A DNA stretch of 64,000 nucleotides from a virus (Duplodnaviria; Caudoviricetes), in the IMG/VR virus record IMGVR_UViG_2830022421_000002, positions 4,013-68,012 of that record; one strand, 5' to 3'. A program made the translations under genes and the position numbers. The notes beneath the pieces were generated by a model. It was given only the letters and a program-made list of their open reading frames with translations, was not told where the DNA came from and made no database searches. The stretch's first letter is position 1, and the number at the start of each line of letters is the position of its first letter. Of the stretch, positions 57,509 to 64,000 are shown in pieces.

Positions 57509-57537
57509 GATTTCTTTTTTTGATTGTTAATATTGCG

Positions 57538-57783
57538 TTACTTCAATGCTTTTACTATTCTGATAACTTCTTTCATATCCCTTATTTGGGGCCTGAATTG
57601 GCGGTATTCTATATCTCTTTTTTTGCATACTTCCCAACCATCTAAATATACATGTATATCAAGTAGCTCCACATGTCCTGAAAAATCTACAAAAATGTGA
57701 TGATTGGTTCTTTTATGGGCTAAATAGACCTCATACATCAGCTTTGCATATAGCGAAGCCATCAGATTCTTTTTCTTTTTCAT
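57538..57783 (-). CDS. Hypothetical protein, 81 aa
   Basis: Bracketed by TAACGCAAT motifs. Confidence 0.5.
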   Translation of the reverse strand: MKKKKNLMASLYAKLMYEVYLAHKRTNHHIFVDFSGHVELLDIHVYLDGWEVCKKRDIEYRQFRPQIRDMKEVIRIVKALK

Positions 57784-57804
57784 AATTATATTGCGTTACG
57801 TTAG

Positions 57805-58068
57805 TTATTTTTTACTTTCCCATTTATAATTCTGATTGATAAAATAATGTAGTTCAGTAATACCAGAGGCCAGAGATTCGAGTTTTTCAAGAGCTTCTAT
57901 TATTTGCTCCGGATCGTTCAAGTCATTATGTAATTGTATACTTCCCTTACAATCGTGGATAGTAAGTTTCATAATATTATCTTCCATTACCTTTGCATGA
58001 TAACAAGCCATACTGCGGGGGCTATCTGGCAACAGAAAATTCTTTTCGTTGTATATCGGCTTTTCCAT
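57805..58068 (-). CDS. Hypothetical phage protein, 87 aa
   Basis: SMACYHA...DCKGSIQLHN. Confidence 0.55.
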   Translation of the reverse strand: MEKPIYNEKNFLLPDSPRSMACYHAKVMEDNIMKLTIHDCKGSIQLHNDLNDPEQIIEALEKLESLASGITELHYFINQNYKWESKK

Positions 58069-58305
58069 TTGCGATTATTTTGAATTTAGTTATATCAAAT
58101 AAAAAGGGACGCCATTTCTGACGCCTCTCAGTAATCCCGAACCATATTAATATGTCGCTCCTCTCCCCTCAAAAAGAGGGTTTCCTTCATGCACTATATT
58201 GCGGAGGATTCAGATTACATGCCCTCGTATCGCGGGCAGCGTTAGCGCTTCAAACAAAATGAGTACTCATAAAAGGGTCGTTTTCATTTCTCGTTCCTGA
58301 CCTTG

Positions 58306-58446
58306 TGGAGAGTTCCGGACTCGAACCGGAATGATACGTCTAACATACCTCAACACTTCTCGACTTGTTTTGACTATCTTTGAATATTTTTCGTCAAAAC
58401 CGATATTTATAGTGCATTTAGCGTCTGCCAATTTCGCCAACTCCCC
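58306..58446 (-). ncRNA. tRNA-like RNA 1 (141 nt): acceptor, D and T arms present, anticodon arm replaced by a long hairpin
   Basis: GGGGAGT/ACTCTCC+A; TGGCGAAATTGGCAGACGC; TCCGG-TTCGAGT-CCGGA; internal GTTTTGAC/GTCAAAAC stem. Confidence 0.7.
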
Positions 58447-58514
58447 GAATACGGGCGCCAGTCTCACGACTATCCCGCACGCTTACTTACAAACTTCACA
58501 AAACTACAATACTG

Positions 58515-58592
58515 TGGAAGTAGAGGGATTCGAACCCCCAACTCCTGACCTTTCGCCAGTCAGACATTTTATCCAGTTAATACTATACTCCC
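58515..58592 (-). ncRNA. tRNA-like RNA 2 (78 nt) with an enlarged anticodon loop
   Basis: GGGAGTA/TACTTCC+A; TCTGAC-TGGCGAAAG-GTCAGG; GGGGG-TTCGAAT-CCCTC; weak D stem. Confidence 0.7.
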
Positions 58593-58759
58593 CAGGAAGC
58601 CTCTACTTTTACCGCCTGCTCTCGCTCCGTACGGACTGTTTCGCATACTTATCTATTTGATGTTCGCGGCAGCTTTCGGTTTCCCCCGGGACTGCACCCG
58701 ACACAACTCTTTAGTTGGCGTTCAGCACTTTTCTTTTAAGCCTTTAAGGTGGGCTATTG

Positions 58760-58836
58760 TGGAAGTGATTGGATTCGAACCAATGTCCTGTCTGTTAATC
58801 GTCGCCAGACCGCTCTGTCCTCTGAGCTACACTCCC
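58760..58836 (-). ncRNA. tRNA-like RNA 3 (77 nt) with an 11-nt anticodon loop
   Basis: GGGAGTG/CACTTCC+A; GCTC-AGAGGACA-GAGC; GTCTG-GCGACGATTAA-CAGAC; ATTGG-TTCGAAT-CCAAT. Confidence 0.78.
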
Positions 58837-58845
58837 GAACCGTTA

Positions 58846-59910
58846 TTATTCAACCTCAATTATTTCAAACTTAGATTTCTTTACAAACAGTTTCAATTTG
58901 TTCAAATCCTTGATTGTACTATAATCTCCTTTCAATACATAAGTAGCAGAGGATGAATCCAATGTTTCGATGGTAGCAGAGGATGAGCCCCATGTTTCGA
59001 TGGTAGCAGAGGATGAACCCAATGTTTTGATGGTAGCAGAGGATGAATCCAATGTTTTGATGGTAGCAGAGGATGAACCCAATGTTTTGATGGTAGCAGA
59101 GGATGAGCCCCATGTTTCGATGGTAGCAGAGGATGAATCCAATGTTTTGATGGTAGCAGAGGATGAACCCAATGTTTTGATGGTAGCAGAGGATGAACCC
59201 AATGTTTTGATGGTAGCAGAGGATGAGCCCCATGTTTCGATGGTAGCAGAGGATGAATCCAATGTTTTGATGGTAGCAGAGGATGAACCCAATGTTTTGA
59301 TGGTAGCAGAGGATGAACCCAATGTTTTGATGGTAGCAGAGGATGAGCCCCATGTTTCGATGGTAGCAGAGGATGAATCCAATGTTTTGATGGTAGCAGA
59401 GGATGAGCCCCATGTTTCGATGGTAGCAGAGGATGAATCCAATGTTTTGATGGTAGCAGAGGATGAGCCCCATGTTTCGATGGTAGCAGAGGATGAATCC
59501 AATGTTTTGATGGTAGCAGAGGATGAACCCAATGTTTTGATGGTAGCAGAGGATGAGCCCCATGTTTCGATGGTAGCAGAGGATGAATCCAATGTTTTGA
59601 TGGTAGCAGAGGATGAATCCAATGTTTTGATGGTAGCAGAGGATGAACCCAATAGCGTTACTGATTTGTCTTTAAATTCGTGTAATCCGGTAGTATATAT
59701 TCCAAATTCTTCAAACAGATCAGAAAAATTATCTATCATATACTGGGTGTCTAGCATCTTTTCTTTGTACGCCCAAACGATATTATCAACTATTACCTGA
59801 AGTAATTCTCTTTTCGATTCAGACTTATAAGCCCGTTTATATTCAGGTTGACATGCCTGACATTTTTTTGCCCTGTCAAGGACATCTTGTTTTAATTGGT
59901 TAAATTCCAT
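58846..59910 (-). CDS. Phage protein with 23 tandem 10-aa repeats (SSATI[K/E]T[L/W][D/G]S), probable beta-solenoid, 354 aa
   Basis: Non-repetitive N-terminus (CQAC motif) and C-terminus flank the repeat; ATG directly follows TAACGCA. Confidence 0.75.
   Translation of the reverse strand: MEFNQLKQDVLDRAKKCQACQPEYKRAYKSESKRELLQVIVDNIVWAYKEKMLDTQYMIDNFSDLFEEFGIYTTGLHEFKDKSVTLLGSSSATIKTLDSSSATIKTLDSSSATIETWGSSSATIKTLGSSSATIKTLDSSSATIETWGSSSATIKTLDSSSATIETWGSSSATIKTLDSSSATIETWGSSSATIKTLGSSSATIKTLGSSSATIKTLDSSSATIETWGSSSATIKTLGSSSATIKTLGSSSATIKTLDSSSATIETWGSSSATIKTLGSSSATIKTLDSSSATIKTLGSSSATIETWGSSSATIETLDSSSATYVLKGDYSTIKDLNKLKLFVKKSKFEIIEVE
58943..59653. repeat. 30-bp coding tandem repeat, 24 copies of the core GTAGCAGAGGATGA
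   Basis: Counted directly; four unit variants with higher-order 60-bp and 120-bp periodicity. Confidence 0.95.
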
Positions 59911-59928
59911 TGCGTTATATTTATATGA

Positions 59929-60117
59929 TTAGTAAATTTGAATTTCTCTTCCCTCCGAGTTATGATAGTCCACCATCTTCTCTTTCTGCCTTTCGTCTTT
60001 GCCCTCGTCTGGTTCAATGATATGCTCTTTGATGAGAATAACTAAGAGGAACGCTACTAGAATGAGAAATAACTGTACGAGATAATATCCTGTTGTTTTT
60101 GTCTTATCTTTTTTCAT
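59929..60117 (-). CDS. Small single-TM protein, 62 aa
   Basis: Hydrophobic segment; ATGA overlap. Confidence 0.5.
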   Translation of the reverse strand: MKKDKTKTTGYYLVQLFLILVAFLLVILIKEHIIEPDEGKDERQKEKMVDYHNSEGREIQIY

Positions 60118-60470
60118 GATAGTTGGTTTTCAAGTTCGTATTCTTCCTCTTCTTTAGAATTGAGGTTGTATATGGAGTCAATAAGTAAGCCGTTGAAAAC
60201 GTCCTCGTATTCTTCGATGGACTTATATTCATCATCCACCTTGTACATTACATACACATTTTGAAATTTTATCCTGCGGTAGGTGAAGCCACCATAATTT
60301 ACCTCTACATGTATTGCGATACCATTGGCACACTCAAATTCAAAGAGATTATAACCATCTTGGTTGTAAATATCGATCTCGTCCATTATTGACTTGTGGA
60401 TACTCTCAATGTCTTTTTCTGTAAGACAAGGCTTGAATGAATCGATTCTGATTAGTTTGATTGCTTCCAT
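60114..60470 (-). CDS. Hypothetical acidic protein, 118 aa
   Basis: ORF preceded by TAACGCAAT. Confidence 0.5.
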   Translation of the reverse strand: MEAIKLIRIDSFKPCLTEKDIESIHKSIMDEIDIYNQDGYNLFEFECANGIAIHVEVNYGGFTYRRIKFQNVYVMYKVDDEYKSIEEYEDVFNGLLIDSIYNLNSKEEEEYELENQLS

Positions 60471-60497
60471 AATATGTAATTGCGTTACTTATTTATT

Positions 60498-60695
60498 TTA
60501 ATATTGCGCCTTCCAATATCTTTGTATTTCACTACCGGTATAGAATCTCCGTCCATTGGCTCTTCTAAAGCCACATTTGATAATTCCGTCGATAGTGTGC
60601 CTGTATAGTGTTTTGCGGTCAATATCTAAGATTTTCGATGCTTCACTAACCGAATATCTTCCTGATGCTACAACCGCTGGCTCTGTTACTGTCAT
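60498..60695 (-). CDS. Excisionase-like/MerR-type HTH protein, 65 aa
   Basis: YSVSEASKILDIDRKTLYRH...GRRFYTGSEI. Confidence 0.75.
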   Translation of the reverse strand: MTVTEPAVVASGRYSVSEASKILDIDRKTLYRHTIDGIIKCGFRRANGRRFYTGSEIQRYWKAQY

Positions 60696-60707
60696 ATTAT
60701 CTTGATC

Positions 60708-61052
60708 TTATAGTGTAGAATATATTATTACGAATTCGGTGTATTCTTCTCGGTGTCTAATTCGGAAACGTCTTTTGTCGAAATTATCAACTGAGAGGGT
60801 AAAGAGAACTAATAAGCATGTACACGCTGACAGTATACTTTTTCTTTGTTCTACAAAACTTGCCCCGAAGAATTCACACCAGTAATAAGCTGTTAGCTCA
60901 GATGCTTTCTGTAGATTAAGCTTAATCTTTATATTGCAGATAGTCTTTCTTATCGTTTCACGAGATCTGTATAGTTTATTCGCTATCTCATCGGGAGTTA
61001 GTCCGATGGAGTGCAACTGCAATATTTCTTCTTCGCGTGTCGTTAGTTTCAT
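60708..61052 (-). CDS. LuxR-type HTH protein, 114 aa
   Basis: LTTREEEILQL...GLTPDEIANKLYRSRETIRKTICNIKIKL. Confidence 0.8.
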   Translation of the reverse strand: MKLTTREEEILQLHSIGLTPDEIANKLYRSRETIRKTICNIKIKLNLQKASELTAYYWCEFFGASFVEQRKSILSACTCLLVLFTLSVDNFDKRRFRIRHREEYTEFVIIYSTL

Positions 61053-61055
61053 GTT

Positions 61056-61256
61056 TTATAGCTCTTGCAGTTGTTCCTCTCTTTTGCAGACTATATCTTT
61101 CAGGCAAGTCATAATCCTAATAAATGAGTCCGACCATTCTTCTTTTGAAAGCTTATAGTTTTTGTAATAGGGTTGTGTTGATTTAAATCCGGCTTGTTTA
61201 CAAGCTTCGGTTATATCACTTTTTTTAATTTTTTCTTTCCAATCTTTCATAATCAT
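61056..61256 (-). CDS. Cro-like candidate, 66 aa
   Basis: Small helical ORF early in the operon divergent from cI. Confidence 0.4.
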   Translation of the reverse strand: MIMKDWKEKIKKSDITEACKQAGFKSTQPYYKNYKLSKEEWSDSFIRIMTCLKDIVCKREEQLQEL

Positions 61257-61426
61257 TATAAAATTACTTTTGAACCGTCTTTATAAACAGGGTTATATAA
61301 TCTATCCGCAACACGCGAAAGAGATTGATTTGAGTATAATATCGCTTCATCTTTGCGGCGTACTAGTTGAAAATAACTAAGGCCATTATTGCTTACCAAT
61401 TCGATGTAGTACTTTGAATTTTCCAC
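61256..61426 (-). CDS. Small 56-aa ORF (GTG start) below the ORF-track cutoff
   Basis: MENSKYYIELVSNNGLSYFQLVRRKDEAILYSNQ...; its TAA overlaps the next ATG (TAATG). Confidence 0.5.
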   Translation of the reverse strand: MENSKYYIELVSNNGLSYFQLVRRKDEAILYSNQSLSRVADRLYNPVYKDGSKVIL

Positions 61427-61597
61427 AATCTTTCAAATTTTTACTCCTTTTGGATTATTTTATTTATTATCTTTATCTGTTTTCTTTGTGATTAGATTAT
61501 TATTTAATAATTATCACATGACAAAAGTAAAGAATCTTTACTATCAAAAACAAAGATTCTTGTTAATAATTGTAAATAAAGTAAAGATTTTTTACCT

Positions 61598-62311
61598 GTG
61601 GAGATTTTTGATAGATTAAAGCTTGTAGTTAAGTGGATTATAGGAGCGGGGTATGCCAGTACACAAAAAGATGTTGGGGTATTATTGGGATATAAAAACG
61701 AGTCGTCATTTTCCCAATTGCTAAATGGTAAAAAATCTTTACCTTCCTCATTCATTAAAAAACTCAATGATATTGATAATAGGATAAATACAAATTGGCT
61801 TCTTACCGGGGAAGGCGACATGCTTAAAAACTCTAAACCTTTTAAAAGCGAAGTAACACCTGTGCCTGAAGGAGAATATATGATGGTTGAGTATGTCGAT
61901 CTAAGAGCTTCTGCAGGGAAGTTAGGTGGTGCAGATATAGATCAATTGCCGGAAACGCATAAGCGACTTGTGCCAAAGGAGTACGCCAAGGGTGGATTTT
62001 TGGTAGTACGTGTTGATGGCGATAGTATGGATGATGGTACAAAGCGTTCATTATCTGATGGCGATGAAGTACTTGTTTACCAACATGAAGGTGGTATAAT
62101 GGATGCACTACCAATTAGAAAAACGCTATTTGTGATAACAACGAGAGAGGGCAATGTATTGAAGCAGATAACAGAGATAAATACAGATGAGAAATACATT
62201 GTTTGTCATTCATTCAATACCCAATACCCTGATTTTAAAATAGATTTTACGGATATATATCAGATCTTTATAGTCTGCAAGGTTACACAAAAACAAATTA
62301 GTTTAATTTAA
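61598..62311 (+). CDS. CI-like repressor (HTH + S24 peptidase), 237 aa
   Basis: QKDVGVLLGYKNESSFSQLLNG, EWLLTGEG-type linker, ASAG cleavage site, VDGDSM, VLKQI. Confidence 0.88.
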   Translation: MEIFDRLKLVVKWIIGAGYASTQKDVGVLLGYKNESSFSQLLNGKKSLPSSFIKKLNDIDNRINTNWLLTGEGDMLKNSKPFKSEVTPVPEGEYMMVEYVDLRASAGKLGGADIDQLPETHKRLVPKEYAKGGFLVVRVDGDSMDDGTKRSLSDGDEVLVYQHEGGIMDALPIRKTLFVITTREGNVLKQITEINTDEKYIVCHSFNTQYPDFKIDFTDIYQIFIVCKVTQKQISLI

Positions 62312-62415
62312 TTATAGTCGTATCACACCTGAAAGAAAGAAAAGTCAAAAAAACTGAAGATAAGACCGCCGACAATAAACAAAAGAGTTAGAAGCAGCTA
62401 TTACTAAAATATAAA

Positions 62416-62961
62416 ATGATGAGTAAAATGTTATCTCCTGAAGATTGGCAATTACATGATGCTTTTAGGAATATTATAGCTTACGAAAGCCTGCCTATTC
62501 ATACGCTCGAAATTGCAGAACTAATTTATAATGACGATTTGGCACTGGAATCTCTTAATGGAGTATTATCAAAGTATGCAATCAAGAATATTCGCAATAT
62601 AAATAACGATCTACTTGATTTGGTTATTTTGTATATCCATGAAGTCCTGAAAGATGGGGTAATCGAAGAACAAGAGAAACGGAATATAGAAGTCTTTAAA
62701 CTCTATTTCAAAATAAGAGAAGGTGACTTCTACCAGAAGAAGAAAAGAGAAATAGAAAACATATTACGCATTCAGTTTGAAAAATTATATTTCGATGATA
62801 AAATCACAAAGGAAGAAGCTTTTCATAACTTTCTATTAAGGGATATCTTCGATTTAAGCCATGAACAATATGACAGATTTAAAGAGAAAGAAGTTCGCCG
62901 CGCTTTAGATAATGGTTCTAATATCAAAGACCTGGACACCTCCATTATTCCTAAAAAGTGA
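62416..62961 (+). CDS. Hypothetical moron protein, 181 aa
   Basis: ORF downstream of cI. Confidence 0.55.
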   Translation: MMSKMLSPEDWQLHDAFRNIIAYESLPIHTLEIAELIYNDDLALESLNGVLSKYAIKNIRNINNDLLDLVILYIHEVLKDGVIEEQEKRNIEVFKLYFKIREGDFYQKKKREIENILRIQFEKLYFDDKITKEEAFHNFLLRDIFDLSHEQYDRFKEKEVRRALDNGSNIKDLDTSIIPKK

Positions 62962-63039
62962 TTTAATATAGCCAATAGGTAAAAGAGGCATATAAGAAAC
63001 TTATTTGCTAAGTGTGGAAGGTTGTTAAGATATTGGTAA

Positions 63040-63360
63040 ATGAAGGTTGGTAAATATATTAATTATTATGTAGTTATGGAAAAAATAAAAAGTAAAAAAA
63101 TAAAGACTTTAGATAGTTATTTGGATTGGGATGCTTATATTTTCCAGTTTATCTCTCTTTTGGCTAGCATAGGTGTGTTCATGGGCATTGTTGCTTTGTT
63201 ATACAGCAATATAACCCTTGCGTTGATAGTGGGTGTCATAGCTTCCGTTGTGTGTTTTCAGATATTTCATGTAGTTATCAGCTATTTCAGAGTTCAATCT
63301 GAAATATTACGCACATTGAAACGCATAGAATCGAAGTTGGATAAACCAGATAAGGACTAA
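63040..63360 (+). CDS. Two-TM membrane protein, 106 aa
   Basis: Two hydrophobic helices. Confidence 0.5.
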   Translation: MKVGKYINYYVVMEKIKSKKIKTLDSYLDWDAYIFQFISLLASIGVFMGIVALLYSNITLALIVGVIASVVCFQIFHVVISYFRVQSEILRTLKRIESKLDKPDKD

Positions 63361-63394
63361 GGTGGTATATGTATTTTAAAAACCAAACAGAATT

Positions 63395-63673
63395 ATGACC
63401 AACGAGGAAAAAGATAGAAACCAGCAATTATTTAATGAGTTTATTCGAGAATTCAAAAAAATAAAGAGCAATCCTGTTTACTTTATGGAATACTATTATA
63501 ACAGATTATTCCCTGATAAAATAGTATTAATGGATGATGAAGATAGGCAGGAGCTTTACGATCACTTTAAAGGGATTCCTTTTATTCGTGACTCAGAAGA
63601 TTGGAATAAACTAAACAAAATAGAAGAACGCCGAAAAGAAAAAGGATTGAAAGATTGGGAATACGAAGATTAA
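63395..63673 (+). CDS. Hypothetical protein, 92 aa
   Basis: NPVYFMEYYY motif. Confidence 0.5.
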   Translation: MTNEEKDRNQQLFNEFIREFKKIKSNPVYFMEYYYNRLFPDKIVLMDDEDRQELYDHFKGIPFIRDSEDWNKLNKIEERRKEKGLKDWEYED

Positions 63674-63688
63674 ACCTTTTAATAAATA

Positions 63689-64000
63689 ATGGAGGAAAAC
63701 AAATCAACAAATCGAAAGAATAATACAACCCTTGCCGGCCAGCAAATTGTTACCAGGTTTTATATAGCTGTCCATGAAATTATAAATAGAAAAACGATCC
63801 GAGGGGTGCAAACATTTACACGGATGTATGGTATCGATCGCAGAGCTTTCAAAATAGTGGAGGCTAATCCGCAAAGAAAGATGTTTGATACAGGATGGCT
63901 GAATTATCTGGTGAAAGATTTCAATGTAAATCCGGAATGGTTATTAACAGGTAGAGGTTCTATGTTTAAAGAAGATTCTGTAACTGTCAAAAAGGCATAA
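63689..64000 (+). CDS. XRE-like DNA-binding protein, 103 aa
   Basis: GVQTFTRMYGIDRRAF...FNVNPEWLLTGRGSMF. Confidence 0.65.
   Translation: MEENKSTNRKNNTTLAGQQIVTRFYIAVHEIINRKTIRGVQTFTRMYGIDRRAFKIVEANPQRKMFDTGWLNYLVKDFNVNPEWLLTGRGSMFKEDSVTVKKA

Larger units (their letters stand above)
7925..64000. mobile_element. Temperate siphovirus-like prophage (HK97-type head) integrated at tRNA-Ser; right end beyond the window
   Basis: Ordered modules int | lysis, tail, head, terminase, replication, early genes (all minus strand) | cI (plus strand). Confidence 0.93.

Noticed and set aside
58306-58836. Assigning anticodons or calling element 1 a tmRNA or intron-containing tRNA
   Set aside because: The loops are not 7 nt with U33. 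Element 1 has a D arm, is far shorter than tmRNA and too short for a group I intron.
58267-58956. ORFs 58267-58467, 58331-58660 and 58657-58956 as proteins
   Set aside because: They run through the tRNA-like structures and have no protein motifs; GC-rich structured RNA explains the open frames.
58943-59653. Possible CRISPR array
   Set aside because: Units are contiguous 30-mers without unique spacers, they lie in frame within a protein, and no cas genes are present.
58919-59800. Plus-strand ORFs 58919-59563 and 58970-59800
   Set aside because: They are shadows of the stop-free tandem repeat and are antisense to the early operon.
61504-62114. Minus-strand ORFs 61504-61821 and 61842-62114
   Set aside because: Antisense to the well-supported cI gene and lacking motifs.
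63900-64000. attR / right prophage boundary
   Set aside because: No repeat of the tRNA-Ser 3' end was seen; the boundary must lie beyond the window.

Overview
AT-rich Bacteroidales-type DNA (TAnnTTTG promoters, Bacteroidetes-type integrases and lipoproteins; genus cannot be determined without a search). A tRNA-Ser(GGA) gene at 7838-7924 sits between two divergently pointing tyrosine integrases. To its left (1-~7760, open at the window edge) is an integrative island with integrase, ABC-ATPase/TOPRIM protein, SF2-helicase-like protein, a divergent family-A-polymerase-like protein and a truncated SIR2-like gene. To its right (~7925 to beyond 64000) is a near-complete HK97-type siphoviral prophage: integrase, lysis, tail, head, terminase, replication/early genes, and a cI/cro switch. 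Most notable observations: three tRNA-like cloverleaves with aberrant anticodon arms in the early operon; a PRTRC ubiquitin-like E1/E2/Ubl cassette wedged between a phage beta-clamp gene and the replication initiator; a CotH-kinase domain in the tail-fibre position; an apparently inactive copy of the terminase nuclease domain; a TAACGCAAT motif recurring at gene junctions; a 43-bp duplicated late-gene leader; and a 30-bp coding tandem repeat. All product calls come from motif recognition by eye; no database searches were run.
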